A stretch of DNA of 63,922 nt, the filler included, from Platydemus manokwari (lineage: Eukaryota), in the NCBI GenBank assembly GCA_037951405.1. It is 6 parts of 6 records of this genome, joined end to end, with 100 filler letters (N's around TTAATTAATTAA, not from the genome) between each part and the next. Parts side by side here need not be neighbours in the genome. Positions count along the whole stretch, not along the records: positions 36,207 to 45,580 come from JBBMOY011257985.1; positions 45,681 to 55,092 come from JBBMOY011252874.1; 4 more parts are not named here. One strand, written 5' to 3'. Of the stretch, positions 38,973 to 52,381 are shown piece after piece (within the stretch, counting starts at the first letter, position 1; every line of letters starts with the position of its first letter). Made by a program: the position numbers and the translations under genes. Below the pieces are notes generated by a model. It was not told the origin of the DNA and did not search any database. It worked only from the letters and a program-made list of their open reading frames with translations.

Positions 38973-41900
38973 CAGTGGTTCGAAAAACCACTGTGCCACG
39001 AAGTAAGTAAGTAATACTTTATATCATCTTTTTATTTCGTTTGCAATATAAACAGACTCTTTGCAGATATTTTATATGTAATGTTTAGGTGTTGCAATTT
39101 AAGGTTTTAGTCGGACAAATAAAACCACGATTAAATATGATAAAAATTCTCTTAGATTTATTTTCTTCAATTTTAGATTTAACTCACTTTTAAATGTTGA
39201 CAAGGTTTTATAAAAATGGCGATAGTGACACGAATGATTCTACAACTTCATTTAAAAAACTAAAGCTTCATCGATTGTATAGTGATGATTGCTTGATTTT
39301 TGGGTTTCACTGGACTGGTGATACAAATATTCTTTCTCCGCGATGTGTTGTGTGTGGCCAAATGCTGTCTAATGAAGCAATGGTCCCAAGTAAGATGAAA
39401 AGGGATCTTACTACAAATCATTTTAATCTTCAAAATAAAAATGTCGATTATTTACAACAGTTGTTAGAATCAAATGCAAGGCAAAGTCAACTTTTCAAGA
39501 AAACAGTAATTTATTCCGAAAAATATCAGTTGTCTTCATATTAGGTGGTAGATATTATTGCTCTTAAATTGAAGTCTCATGTTTTTGCAGAATCAGAAAT
39601 CCTTTCAGCATTCAAAGGATGGTGAAAATTAAGCTCGGCGGCAAGGCCAAATAAGAAATTAGCAAGATTCCTTTTCAAATAATGGGAATTTCAAAATTCA
39701 GAGAAGGATTCTTGACTTATCTGATAACATTGAGGAAAGTGTATTATCCAAATTTCAAAATAGTCTCTTTGCTCTCCAAATCGATGAATTTACTGACATC
39801 AGCAACCATGCAACATTAAGTGCATTTATAACTGCCATCAATAAAGATGCCATAATTAATCAGTTTATATACTTCAAACAGTTACCCCCAACTACAAAAG
39901 GTCAAAATATTATTTATACAATCACAATATGCTACGAAAAATATGGTTTATCCTTGGATTTATGTGTGTGTGAACATGTACAGATGTGTGGTTCTGTTAA
40001 AGGCTTTGTTTCTTTAGTGGATAAACAGAATCCTAAAATCGTGCGAACACATTGTTTTTACACAGAAACGTATTAATTTCAAAGATAATACAAAATGAAC
40101 TAAAGGAGGCGTTGAATCAAGTCATTTAAATGGTAAAATTCATAAAAACTTGGCTGTTGAAGTCCAAAATTTTTGAGTTGCTGTGCAAGGATATGGATTC
40201 TCATCATGTTCGTTTATTATTCTTTTCTTAGGTGTTATCTCGAGTAATTGGACTTCAGAAAGAACTTTTTAATTTTTTTGAAAATGAAAAGCTTGATTTA
40301 TTTTGAAAATTCCTTATAAATAAATTGTGGATGTCCAACATAGAGTACTTAAATGAAATATTTGGACATCTCAATAATAATATGAAAGGCAGAAATGAAA
40401 ATATTCTTACGACAACACAAAAATTAGTTACTTTTAAGAAAAAAATTTAAATATGGAAGAAAATAATGATGGTAAGCGATTTGGATATGTTACCATCAGT
40501 TCGCAAAACCTGTGATACCGAGATGATTCTCATCATTAGTGAGCATTTGACAATTTTGGAAAATAAAATTGAAAAATATTTCCATTCAATCAGCACTGAA
40601 GAATTTGATTGGATTCGCAATCCTTTCCTAGATTTTTTGATCATTAATCTTTCCAACTTTGAGTTATGTGAAGAAGAAGAACTAGCGAGTCTTTTCAGTG
40701 GTTGCGGACTCAAATTGAAGTGTACACAACTGCCATTATCTGCCTTTTAGATTTCTGTTATGGAAGAGTATCCAACACCTAGTAAAACAGCCACCAAAGT
40801 CTTACTGCAATTCTTAATTTTGTTGGGTGCACCCCCACAACACAACATAACATTAATACAAAAAAGCACAATAATACAATGAACTCAACAAATAACACAA
40901 TATTGTACATAGCATAGTATCTACACATAACCTCGCCATTAAGTTGGTTACACAGTTGATTATAGACTGAGCCTGACGAAAAGTGAAGCATATCGAGGAA
41001 AAACAAGTGCAGCACCAAATTCGCAGTCCAGTATCCAATTCGAGCCGAGTTATACTATAACTCTATAAAAATGATTCTGCAAACTTATCTTTATTGCTGC
41101 TGTTTCTAATAAACATTTTCATTTTTATTGATATCCTATGCTGTTTTGCCTTGAATGATAGTAACAATAAACAATTGATATTGTAACTTTGTGTAACTCT
41201 ATAAATCATGTTTTATTTATATTTTATTTTATTATGTAACCGTGTACGGAAGAGATGAGCAGAGGCGGGGGATGATTGTCGACAAGATGAATAAATAACC
41301 ATATTGACAATGATAGAATTATTGATACAATAAATAAAAATATAATCATCATAGAATTTGAAATGAAATAAATAATTAATATAATAAATGAGATGGATAA
41401 CATAACATAAGTAAAGACGAAGAATAATAAAATATAAAAGTGCGGAATTGGACGGTCAAAAAACCGTGGGAAAATCCGGACGGTTAAATTAGAATAAATA
41501 AATATTCGTGAAAAAATCACCGGTTATTGGCATGAAAAAAATAAACATGACCAACAACTATAAATATCAGTGCTGATCAGCGGTGACACACAAAATTATT
41601 ACTATCACTATTCATCATAATTTGAATCACTAACGAACGAAGATAGAATCGTGTGGATATACTATTAAAATATCTGGAGCGAACATTGGAAGTTTTTTTT
41701 TAATCATTGGCGAAAACAGCGCGAATCGTTGATGGAATTTTTGTATTCGAATTTGATTAATTTGCGGATTAATTTCGTTGATCGAGAAGCCAAGGAAAAG
41801 AGTGAGGGTTTATTTTTTACCGTTTTCTATCATAACATAACGCTCATTTTTATCAAGTAAATTAATCGTTCATGTTTAATAATCTATTCAAGTAAATATT

Positions 41901-42752
41901 TATTGCCGACAGTTAATTTCCCCTTTTCTGAAACTAAATTTCTTGGTCCGTTATACGGATTCCCTGTTTATCGCTCAAGCGAGGTACGGGATATTTGTCA
42001 AATCTTTTTGTTATTCTCATATACTAATTTTATATTTCATTTCCTAAATAAATATATTAAAAATTCAGGTCTTGTTATCATATAGCTTTGATCATAATAC
42101 ATTACAGCCGACACTGGGAATTTAATCTGCTACTACTTGTCTATTGATGAAACATCAATTATTTTGAATAGTGCTATTTAAATTAAAGATTATAATCACG
42201 TTATCGTTTCTAGGCCCAAAAGCAAGTTAATTCTCTCTGTGCTTATCAATAAGTAATTTGACCTTAATATATTTTCCAACAGCTTGGTCCTCACACCAGT
42301 TATTGAAGCCCCTCAGAGCCAGCAAATATATAAACTCAGCTGCAAGCTAAAACCTAACATATATTTTTATTTAATAATTTCGTATCTATGTAAACTGGGA
42401 ATTTCTAACCTAAACAACATTAAAAATAAAAACGTGAAAGACTTAAAAACATCGAAGAAGAGTTAAGACTATGTCTTTCTCATATTTGCCCACAAATTGT
42501 AGCAGTAGTAAGGAAGCATTTTGGCACAACTGTCCCAATGATATTCGCAATCACTATTCTATACCCGGTATTGAATACAGGACATGTTGTATTTATGTGA
42601 ATAAAAATTCTTTTTATATGATCTTCTTTATGTTATATTTTATCATTGCAAAAATTTTTATGGTCAGAAAATATTCATTTTTTTGATAGGTGTGCCGTGA
42701 AAATTTAAAGAGCTTGATTGTGTCTCGCGATGTAAAAAGAGATCGGAAACTG
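38973..42752 (+). mobile_element. Full-length degenerate Buster/Charlie-type hAT transposon (ZBED5/SCAND3-like transposase pseudogene) carrying a nested insertion
   Basis: Left end CAGTGGTT at 38973; degenerate right end ...GGAAACTG at 42752; TSD TGCTAGAT/TACTAGAT (7 of 8). Transposase from 39194: BED finger CVVCGQMLSNEAMVPSKMKR, FALQIDEFTDIS (catalytic D), THCFLHR (CxxH), DWIRNPF, and the SYLCKLGIS...EEELRLCLSHI tail at 42380-42540. Many stops and frameshifts. Confidence 0.93.
40821..42376. mobile_element. 1556-bp LTR-like insertion splitting the hAT transposase
   Basis: Starts TGTTGGG, ends TTAATA (read as a decayed CAACA), with 4-bp TSD ATTT (40817-40820 and 42377-42380). Removing it and one TSD restores the in-frame Q-F-L-I-S-Y-L-C. 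Confidence 0.8.
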
Positions 42753-43768
42753 TACTAGATCAATATTTATTAATTGAAAAGACGTATTTATAAAACGAAG
42801 GATATATAATATCCTTTATTAATGAAATTTGGAAAAAAGTGCAATTTCAAAATCTCAGAATTTTGAATTACAAAATTTTGTAATAAAAGTAAGCTGATAG
42901 GGTTTCGTTATTTAACATGGTGTAACGAGCTGGATTTGAAATTACCAAACAAATTATCGAGAAATATTTCTTAAAGGAAATAGAATCAAAACATTGTATC
43001 TTTAAAAAAGATAGAATCAATCGGTTGGGAAAACATGGATAGGTTAGTGCTCTAATTAGATAGTGAGGAGAGTGAAAATGAGAAAATATCCATCTTTATC
43101 AATTCATATGGTACATGGAAAAAGAAATCTAAACAAACAGAAGCGAAAAAATACTACACAACAACAGAAAAGCTTGGTTCGACAAATTCGAAAGTTGAAA
43201 ACTCATCAAAGGCCCATAATATATCATGGTAACAGTGGCCCGGTCTGAAAACAGCTGAGAACGGAACAGTAAGATCCGTGGAAAGAAAAGCTGGAGCGTG
43301 GTCAGTAGTTGAATTCATCAGCACCTAAACTTTTCAATTTTCAGATTCCAAACCCAAATTCTGATTTTTTGATTATCTGACTTTTAAATGTTTCTAACTA
43401 TTTGTGATTTCCTGACTATTTGACGTTGATATTTAATAACAATTTGATTTTACCATTATTTGTGAATCTTATGATTATTTGTAAATCGGTTCTATGTATA
43501 TAAAATATGTGTAAAATGTACATCATTATTTACAAGAAAAAAATCAATAAAATAAATGAGAGAAATAGAGAAAAAGAAATTGATAATAGTTAAAATGTTC
43601 AATTAATAATTAATTCAGAACGACTCATGTATTTAACTTCATATCGAAAATTCACCCACAAATGTTCATCGTTTTTAGAAGTATGAAAATATTCAATATT
43701 ATGGTCAACCCAAAGCTTCTATGAAACAATGAAAGAGAAAAAATACTGTTACAAAATTTTTAAACTAG

Positions 43769-44720
43769 CGGCGACCACGTTATTGATTCTTAAAGCAACA
43801 TGAAAAATACTAAGATTTGTTGTATTGAGCAGAGTGAGTGTTATGAAGTTTTTGATACCGAGAATGTGATGCTTTGGAAGTGGATGAGTATTTTTTAAAT
43901 AGAGTTATTGTTGATAAAATGAATCACAAAATCGCCAAATGAAACAACTATTTATTCAATAATAATAGAGAAAAATTGGCCAAACAATAGTTTGGAGAAG
44001 AATGGCGGAGAATAAATTTTAGTAAAGATTTTTGTGCCACAATAAATATTTATGCTTAAGCCACTATCAGAAATGTTGAAGTTCACGGAAATGAACTGTT
44101 TAGTGGATATTATAAATTTCCAATTGCTATAGAAGATCGCCAGAAAATAGCTTTTAGTATAAGACGGTATACGTATAAGTGTAATTTGAATTCCATCTAG
44201 TCTCTGTACAGAACCAACAATTTTATAAGGTTAATAAAGTTAAGCTTGGAAAATTGAAAACAAAATATGTGATCTACTTAGATGATGATTTAATATTTCG
44301 TAATTCAATTGAAGATCATAAAGAAGGTTGGAACAGGCATTATCTAGGTCACGTAATTAGCGAAAAAATGTTATCACTGTAAGCTTAAAAGCGGAAATTT
44401 TATTTTAGATCCTGACGTATCTCATAACGTAATGACGTTGTATTCTTTCAAACTACCTCATTACCTCATCAACACTCAGTTTGCGGTTATTAAAAATCAC
44501 GAGTCGTTAAAATGGTTATTAAACTGAACAGTTCAAACTCGTTACATTACGGTATTTAAAAAGCAGAATTTGAAATACTTGATATTGCAGCTGAATTTAG
44601 AATAGCTAAGCTTTACACAAATGTCGATGCTATTTCAAGACTTTCACTATGTGAGTAATGTAAAATTAATCACACCAATTCGAAAAACAAAGAAATTTCA
44701 GAATATACAAAAAGAAGAGA
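43769..44720 (+). mobile_element. Decayed, internally deleted Ty3/gypsy element (PBS, RT, RNase H)
   Basis: PBS-like CGGCGACCACG at 43769; RT SGYYKFPIAIEDRQKIAFS and VIYLDDDLIF...IEDH (about 44100-44320); RNase H HESLKWL and TNVDAISRL. Confidence 0.85.
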
Positions 44721-45580
44721 ATGAAAAATCCTAGGATCTCTGGTATTAAAAAAATTAGTTAGTTTTAACTATTTGTTTGTTGACGAATTATGCGATTAAT
44801 TTATAGTTTATTCATCATATAAACCTGATTGCAATAGGTGTATGTTATAATAATGGCCGAATATAAATATTGTATAGTTATATGCACAGTAGAATAAATA
44901 ACTCGATAAAATCAATAGAATATAACAATAATGATAAATAACTGACTAAATTTTAAAATAATAAATCAAGTAATATAAAATGATTCACTGGATAAAAATA
45001 TTAAATATCAAATAAGATTATGGGAAATAACCACGTATAATTAGTTTTCTTTATTTAGATTCCCATTATCTAAGGATTCTATTTAGATAGAACTATTTAT
45101 TATTGAGAATAACTCTTATGGCAGTGGTTGTAAGATGTCTAGTTGTGGTTAAATTTACTGCTTCCGAAACCACAGAATTAGTGCTAAGTATTACATTGAT
45201 TTTAATGAATTAGTTAGGCCTTAGTTAAACTGGGTTCAAGTTACAATGTATTTAATGTTCTTAATAGTTGTTAAGAACAAATTATAAAGATTTTTTAAGC
45301 AAAAATAAAATACTTAAAAGTTCCTTAATTTAAATTCTCTTGGATTGGATTATCTATTCTTAATATCTTAAGAACCGCAGACTGGAAAATAAAATTGAAG
45401 GTAACGGAAATCACATAGACAGAACCGGTCACACTGACGAACATTTTCATCCCGTCGGAGTTACATGTGGTTACCAGTAACTTGAAATTCATGAACTAGA
45501 AGGAAGAAATATGTTTCTTTAAAAGCACAGCGACATTCAGAATAAAAAATTACAAATGTAAGGCTAGATAAGAGCCGTCG

Positions 45581-45680
45581 NNNNNNNNNNNNNNNNNNNN
45601 NNNNNNNNNNNNNNNNNNNNNNNNTTAATTAATTAANNNNNNNNNNNNNNNNNNNNNNNNNNNNNNNNNNNNNNNNNNNN
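45581..45680. other. Assembly gap linker
   Basis: N44-TTAATTAATTAA-N44. Confidence 0.98.
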
Positions 45681-45749
45681 GATTCAGTAATTTACATTGT
45701 CTATTAATAATAAAATACAGGTAATTAATTAAAATAATAAATTAACCAT

Positions 45750-46200
45750 CATACCTAAAAGGCCCGTTAAAAAAGGATTTTGACAGTTACTTCGTGATAC
45801 GAACTTTAAAAACTGGACGAATCAAAAGGTTTATTGTAGAATTAGCAAACAAATACCAGATATATAATAGAATATTTTTTAATAATTGTGTTTTAGCTTT
45901 ACAACCAGTGTCAATTTAGTCAAAAGAACCAAAAAACGACAAGTTGAACATATCTTGGAAATAGAATTTAGTGATAACATAAATGTAACCTATAAATTAT
46001 TATCCAATTTGTAATAATTCTCTGTTGCTTGAAGGTGAGTAGTTTTTTAAGTATACTTAAAACATTTCTGTCTAAAGCTATTTCCATAATTTGCAGTATT
46101 GCCCTATTGTGCATCACATAATCAGTGATCATACTCTTTGGGACTAATAAAGTATTTTTTTAGTAGGTTTGTTTTGCCGATACTCACCAATAAATTTTTA
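45750..46200 (-). mobile_element. Possible gypsy integrase remnant
   Basis: Minus-strand PKSMITD (compare P..I.TD.G) near 46140 and FNGPFR (GPF/Y motif) near 45765; very decayed. Confidence 0.4.
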
Positions 46201-47930
46201 ATTGCTGTTTTAAACTCTTGTTTTAAATGTGCATTGTTTTTACAAATTTATTTTCTAGAGTTTTTTACTGACAAGAAGACGTCTATATGGATTACGTATT
46301 GTAGCTCCTAGTGTGGAATCGTACAAAAAATAGTTTATTAATTCCAAAATCTCTTTTGCCTATCAAAAATTCAGTTATTAATTTTAAATCGATTCAAAAT
46401 TTTTCAAAGATATTATTTTGGTAATTTAAGACTTCTATTCCTTTGTGTGCTAAAACTGTAACGATCCGCATGTAAAACATGATACTCTACGAAGTCAGAA
46501 ATTGTTCGCATTAATAATTTTGTGCTTATAGTTTAAAATTGGTAGAGCAATAATTACTTAATCATATTGTCCCAATATTTTTTGAAAACTGCAAAAGCAT
46601 CTAACTTTTACTGGCTTTAATTTTTTCTTGATCCAGTATAATAACAGAAACCTAACCAATTTAGAATATGGATATGGTTCTTTAATTCCCACCAATTAAA
46701 ATGAAAGAAGGCTCAAACTCATAAATTCTGATTTTATTATCTGTAGGTCCTTTAGCAATCTTCAAATATATATATCAATATCGTTATTCTTTAATATCGC
46801 TATTTCATATCTGTTCATCAATTAAACGTATCCAAAGCATAATAAATCAAGTAAAATTAAAACTTTGGTTACATACTTTTATATCCAAAAATATAATCTT
46901 ATAATTGAACTTGAATTAGCGCCTGTGTTGAATGATAACATTGCAATGCATCATTGTAATTGTTTGATCAATACAATATTGAATACTTTGGTTCCTATTT
47001 ATATTTCTAAATATTATTATTAGTGCTAATAACCATATTTAACAATAACGAACACTTTCTTCTCTCAATTAGATGCTACTTTAACTTATTACAAATCCCT
47101 GAAATATCGAAATATATATAAAAGCAGGATTAACAAAAATTTTAAATCTCCTAAGATATGTCAAAGAGTAATGTTTTAATTTTTTATTGGTTTGCCTAGA
47201 TCAATTTATTTATTGGTAGATTCTAATTTAATCGATAATTTAAACATGAAGGGAAAAATCTGAAATCTGAGTAAAAAAATCCATTGATCTAATGTAACCT
47301 ATTTCCCCATTATCCTTACAAATTTCTCAATATAAAAAGTTATTTATATTAATATTTTTTCTTTTGGTTTCTATTTATTGGTTATATTTTTTTCAATAAT
47401 CAAATTATTTAATTCAAAGTTCAAAATTCTATTTTATTTGAAAAACAATTTTGAATGAAAATAGTTTCGAAAAAATTTAAATATTTTTGCTTTATTATTC
47501 AGAAATTTTTAAACGAACTTTCTAAAAAATTAAAAAATTCATTAGAATGTTTTCTTCGATGCATTTTTTATAAATATTTTTTATTTATAATTCACTTAAA
47601 TTAAACATTTTGCATTTTAAAAAACCGTCGTATTCACTATTTCATAAATAGTTGGGATATTTTTGAAGAAGTTTATTGATTTATTGTAAAATATCTTGCA
47701 CCAGTCCCCAGTAATAAACAATTCCATGATTATTCTCAATGACATGTACTAATACAAATTAATATTAGAACTTAAGTTAACTAATTGTTTCGAAGTTTTG
47801 ATAAGTTTCCTTATATTATTATATTCATTATACCAATGTGAATAAAAAATCTGATTTCGAAGAATAAACAATGATCAGTAGTCAAAAGTCTTAAACATCC
47901 GGGATTTTAATAAAATCCCAAACTCAATAA

Positions 47931-49442
47931 CACTGAACAACAAAGATTTTGTTACTTGAATGAAAGGTGGTTATTCTTTTACGTTTTTTTCGCTCAGTTC
48001 AGGTCTGATTTTAGATTTGTCTATCAAGTACAGTTATTCCATACGAGGTGGTTGAAATTTGAGCCATTTGTACGAAATCTTACCTTAAAACTTCGAAATA
48101 TTGCATCCGATAGTATTATAGGTCACTAAGAATTAATTCATTAAATCCACGATGATTTTCGTTTCTTGTTTCCAATTAAATTTTTACAAGCATTTTCAAA
48201 GGTTTCTTATACTGCTTGTTCATCATAACTCAATGTTGAAGAGAAATTTTAGACCTCAAGCAATCCTCGAATCTGGAATCACACGAAAAATTCAGAAAAT
48301 TCATTTTCTAAGTTTTTTGCTTCACTAATATTAGAAATTTGAAACCAGGTCACTTTCGATCGATTCTGTTAAACAAGTTTTCGTTAATCTCAATTTAACA
48401 AAAGAATAATAAATAACATTTATATGCCAATATTATATAAGGAAATGATTTTTTTCAATCACTAATGCCTCACTCGCAAAGAAAATTCTGTAAAACTAAG
48501 TAAAAGAGCAACGACTTTCAAAACACCAAAAATCACTATACTTAATTTTTTTGAGAAGTTTCATATTGGTATGCGTTTTATTGTGCTTGTAACACAAGCC
48601 ATAGAAATTGGTGGAAGCACATTACCAATGCGTAATATTAATCTGATCTTAGGAAAATTGATAAATAAACATTACTCTTCAGTTTAATATCCACGTTGTT
48701 ATGATTACGCAATAGAGTCAATGTCATTACAAAAATCAATACCGTCTTAAAATGAAACGTATTTCTTAAAATCATCATATTAGTTTCAAAAATTAGCAAA
48801 TTTTGTGCCGCTTTGAAAGAGATTTCATCCTTTCAATATTGAAACCAACAATTCTGATTGCTGCTAATAAGCTATAGTTTTACACATGAAAAGAATGACT
48901 TGAAATTCGAACGTCCAGTGCACACTAATTATTTTCATCCATGAGTAGAATATTTAAATAAATAAAGGCACTGACCTCAACGTTTATTGCATGTTTGTTT
49001 AGATCACCGAATATTTGGATTTAGAATTTGCTTCAGAAATGTTTCTCATATCAAATTAAAAGTCGGAAGCAAGATCTTTGTACTCTCTCCGAATCCTACA
49101 AATCATCCAACTACCCGGTGAGAAATCTGGAATATGTTGCACAACAAATATGAAAACCCCAAATTTTGTCTTGGTCTCCAATTTTGCATGAGATTTATAG
49201 TCCGCAGCACTTACTCATAATTGGAGTCAAGTTTGTTTTGAGATTTAAATGCCACTTCACCAAAAAATATACTGGTAAGAATCTGAATGATTAATACAAC
49301 TTCGATGCCTTTTTCCAGAAGTCTAAAATTCAGAGCTGTACGTAATTAAATTCATTAAATGCTAATAATAATACGAAAACATCAGATTTTTTCGTCATAA
49401 AATTTAGGGTTTAACGGAATAACAAACTAACGTTTTTTGGTG
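47931..49442 (-). mobile_element. Decayed Chapaev3 (CMC superfamily) DNA transposon
   Basis: Terminus CACTGAACAACAAA preceded by TAA. Minus-strand remnants CKIGDQDKIWGFHICC (compare GDQDK.WAPH.CC), IGNVLP, NMKLL, LKVVALLL and FLCE follow Chapaev3 transposase order. The other terminus (...TTTTGGTG at 49442) is tentative. Confidence 0.8.
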
Positions 49443-49461
49443 ATTTAAGTTCAAACTATAG

Positions 49462-49997
49462 TGTTTGGATTATCAATTGACGCTAAATATCAAAAATTAC
49501 AATTGAAGATCACAATAGTTTACAAAAATCAAATAATCAATAATCACAGTACAAAATCACATTTAATAATCAATGAATAATCAACAGAAAGTGGGATAAA
49601 CTCCCTAAAGTTAAGCAGCGAGAAAGAAAACAATCATGAAGACTAGTTATCAGAAAATCACAAGGAATAAAACTTAACAAACAAAAAGACTAGCAGATAC
49701 TCTTGAAATCCAGCTCCTTTGAAGAATTATCGTGTGTTCAGTTGATGTCTCAAGGCTTTACTTTTATTTACATCGTCTGTTTCCAAATTTTCTTGCATCT
49801 TCCGTGTCATTGGCGTATCTCGATGTCTGTTAGTGTGCGCTAATTGATTATTGATTTCTAGATATTAATTGATACGTTGGGAGAATCCGATTGGCCGCTG
49901 GCTTCTGCGCTTGTCGAATATGTGTGTGTGTCTACCATCTGAGGGTTTTTCCAAGGTTACCGTGAATATTTTGCTTGTTTTTATAACCTTCCCAACA
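49462..49997. mobile_element. Solo LTR, about 536 bp; diverged relative of 18370-18915
   Basis: TGTTTGG...CCCAACA termini and collinear similarity to the 18.4-18.9 kb copy; TSD not preserved. Confidence 0.65.
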
Positions 49998-51112
49998 TTA
50001 CTATCAACCAATTATTGATTATTATAAATATCTAGCTGACTTCAAATTTATTACAAATATGATTGATAATTTACCCTAACTACTCAACTCCTGTGCAATG
50101 AAGATACAGTTGTAATCCCAAATATAAAGTCAGATTTTTAAATGATCACTATAAATAATTAATAAAATGTATGTTATACAAGTTTATTGATTATAAAATT
50201 TAATAGGAACAAGATAACAGTGACAATAAAAATAATAAAGATTAATAGCTTTTGTAAAGGCTTATGTACCTAAGCTTTTATGGTTATTGTCAGTATCATC
50301 TAAAACACCTAAAGTAACTGAACACGATTTTTGAAGCTGAAAGAGATGATGTATTAGTTATGAAAATTTAATTTTAACAGATTGCCACAAAACCGTGTGG
50401 AACACCTTAGGTTAAATTGCGTTTAACTATTAATAAACTATCTTGGATTCATGATGTAAATAATCTGATCAAATAGATGGAACCCAATAAATTTGATTAT
50501 ACAATATATCTTGTAATATAAACGTGTTCCAGCAGGTTAAAATGTTTTCGATCAATAATAAAATGATTTTGACAAAATTGAGGGTTTCATTTAAAATATC
50601 GTAACAAAATTCATGCTTGGAAATTAAGTTTTAAAATTATCTACGAATTTCAAGTTTAAAAATACCGATTTTATCTTTCATAATAATACAAAAGAAGTGC
50701 TTTCTTTTCTGTCGAACTTTGTGACATGCTTTGTTATACCATACTAGTTTTTGTTCTTTTTCATCACAAGTCTGTCTCAAAATTTTCTTTGTGAAATATT
50801 TACATGATGTTTGTCTTACAATTAACATTTTCTCCAGATTCTTGGTTTAGAAAACTAAAGTTTATTTATAGATAAATGCTCTTTGTTTTAAATTTTTTCG
50901 TTTTCTAATTTTTATTATTTTATATATTGTTTCAATGCGCATTTTGTAAATATTTAGCCCTTCAGATATGTAATCAAAATTTCAAATACCAGTTCTGGAT
51001 AAAAGCTATTTAATTAAAAATATCTATAAATATGTTTTAGCTCAACTCAAAAAATATATAAAAATCATTTACTTTTACTTAGTGGACAAAACGGTTTTGA
51101 AATTCTGTAGAC

Positions 51113-51340
51113 CAGAGGTCTCCAAACTTTTTCAGCAAAGGGCCACATTGCTGATTTTTTAAAATTTGGAGGGCCAAAACTATGATATGTTTACAAAAAT
51201 TGTGGTTCAAAATGAGTAATTGAAATCATTAATAAGTCATTTAAATGTTCATCAGACAACCGTGACCTGTAGCAAGATTTTTGTCATAATGTTCGTGTGT
51301 TTCATAGTAAGCTTGGCGGGCCGTACTTTGGAGACCCCTG
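51113..51340. mobile_element. hAT (Charlie/MER30-like) MITE, 228 bp
   Basis: TIR CAGAGGTCTCCAAA / TTTGGAGACCCCTG (13 of 14), subterminal GGGCC motifs and perfect 8-bp TSD CTGTAGAC. Confidence 0.95.
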
Positions 51341-52381
51341 CTGTAGACTAATGTAATTATTCGATTTAATTGTTCAATTCATTTAAGTTGTTATAAATAT
51401 TATTTATAAAATCGATTATCGATTTTATCGATTTAAATTATCAAATCTCGCATAGTATTTTGAAATTTTGATCCACATTAGCCCTGACATTGTTTCATAT
51501 ATATAAGCTACTGACTCCTTATTTAAATAACTTATATTTTTCCAATAATCAGTATAAAACACTAACATCGGAATTAGTTTGGTAAGATTTCACAAAAATA
51601 TGAAGCAGATAGTTAAATATCTGAAATCTTTAAATTTCGGGCGTACATCTCGGTTATATCTTGATGTAAGTTTTTTAATATTGTTAACTTTAATGCGGTA
51701 AAAAGCATTCTCAATCACGTTGTATACGCGAAATGAGAAAACAACGCATACGATAGTTTCAACATGTAAAATTATTTCTAATCTTCAATAATCAAATAAA
51801 GAGATCAATATTTATTTACAAATGTATATGCACACGGTCTTAGTGATTGATTCATCAAACTTTTCATTAATTTTTTTTTTCCAAAATTTTCTTCAACTAT
51901 TATAATATGCCCAGTTAAATATCAATAAAATACTTTCCTTCAGTTCAATGAAATGTAATTTGGTGCTATTTATTGGCAAAACGAATTAGTTTTTCAATGT
52001 ACTGCGAATTGTTTCATACAAAACAGTATCAACAACTTCTGTTGTTATTCGCACAAATACATTACTAATTGCCGATATTTCCTGAGATATTTCAATTGAT
52101 CAATCGTAGCACGATGACGTAATCGACAAATAAAACAATATCGATAAAATGTTTTTCTAAACGATTTTCATTTTCAAAATAACATTAAAAAACGTGTGTA
52201 TATAAAAACTAGATACTTTCTGATGTGATTTCCAAATTACAATTTTGAATGGAATTAAAACAAAAATTACAAAACCGTAAGAAAAAGCCAATCAATCAAG
52301 AAAATAATGTTAAGCAAAATTATATCATTTATAATTATTAAAATAAATATTTATTCAAAAAATAATAACTCTTAAATTTTT

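Noticed and set aside
41224-41520. Hydrophobic 98-aa ORF resembling a membrane protein
   Set aside because: It lies within the LTR-like insertion; F/I/L richness follows from T-rich strand composition.
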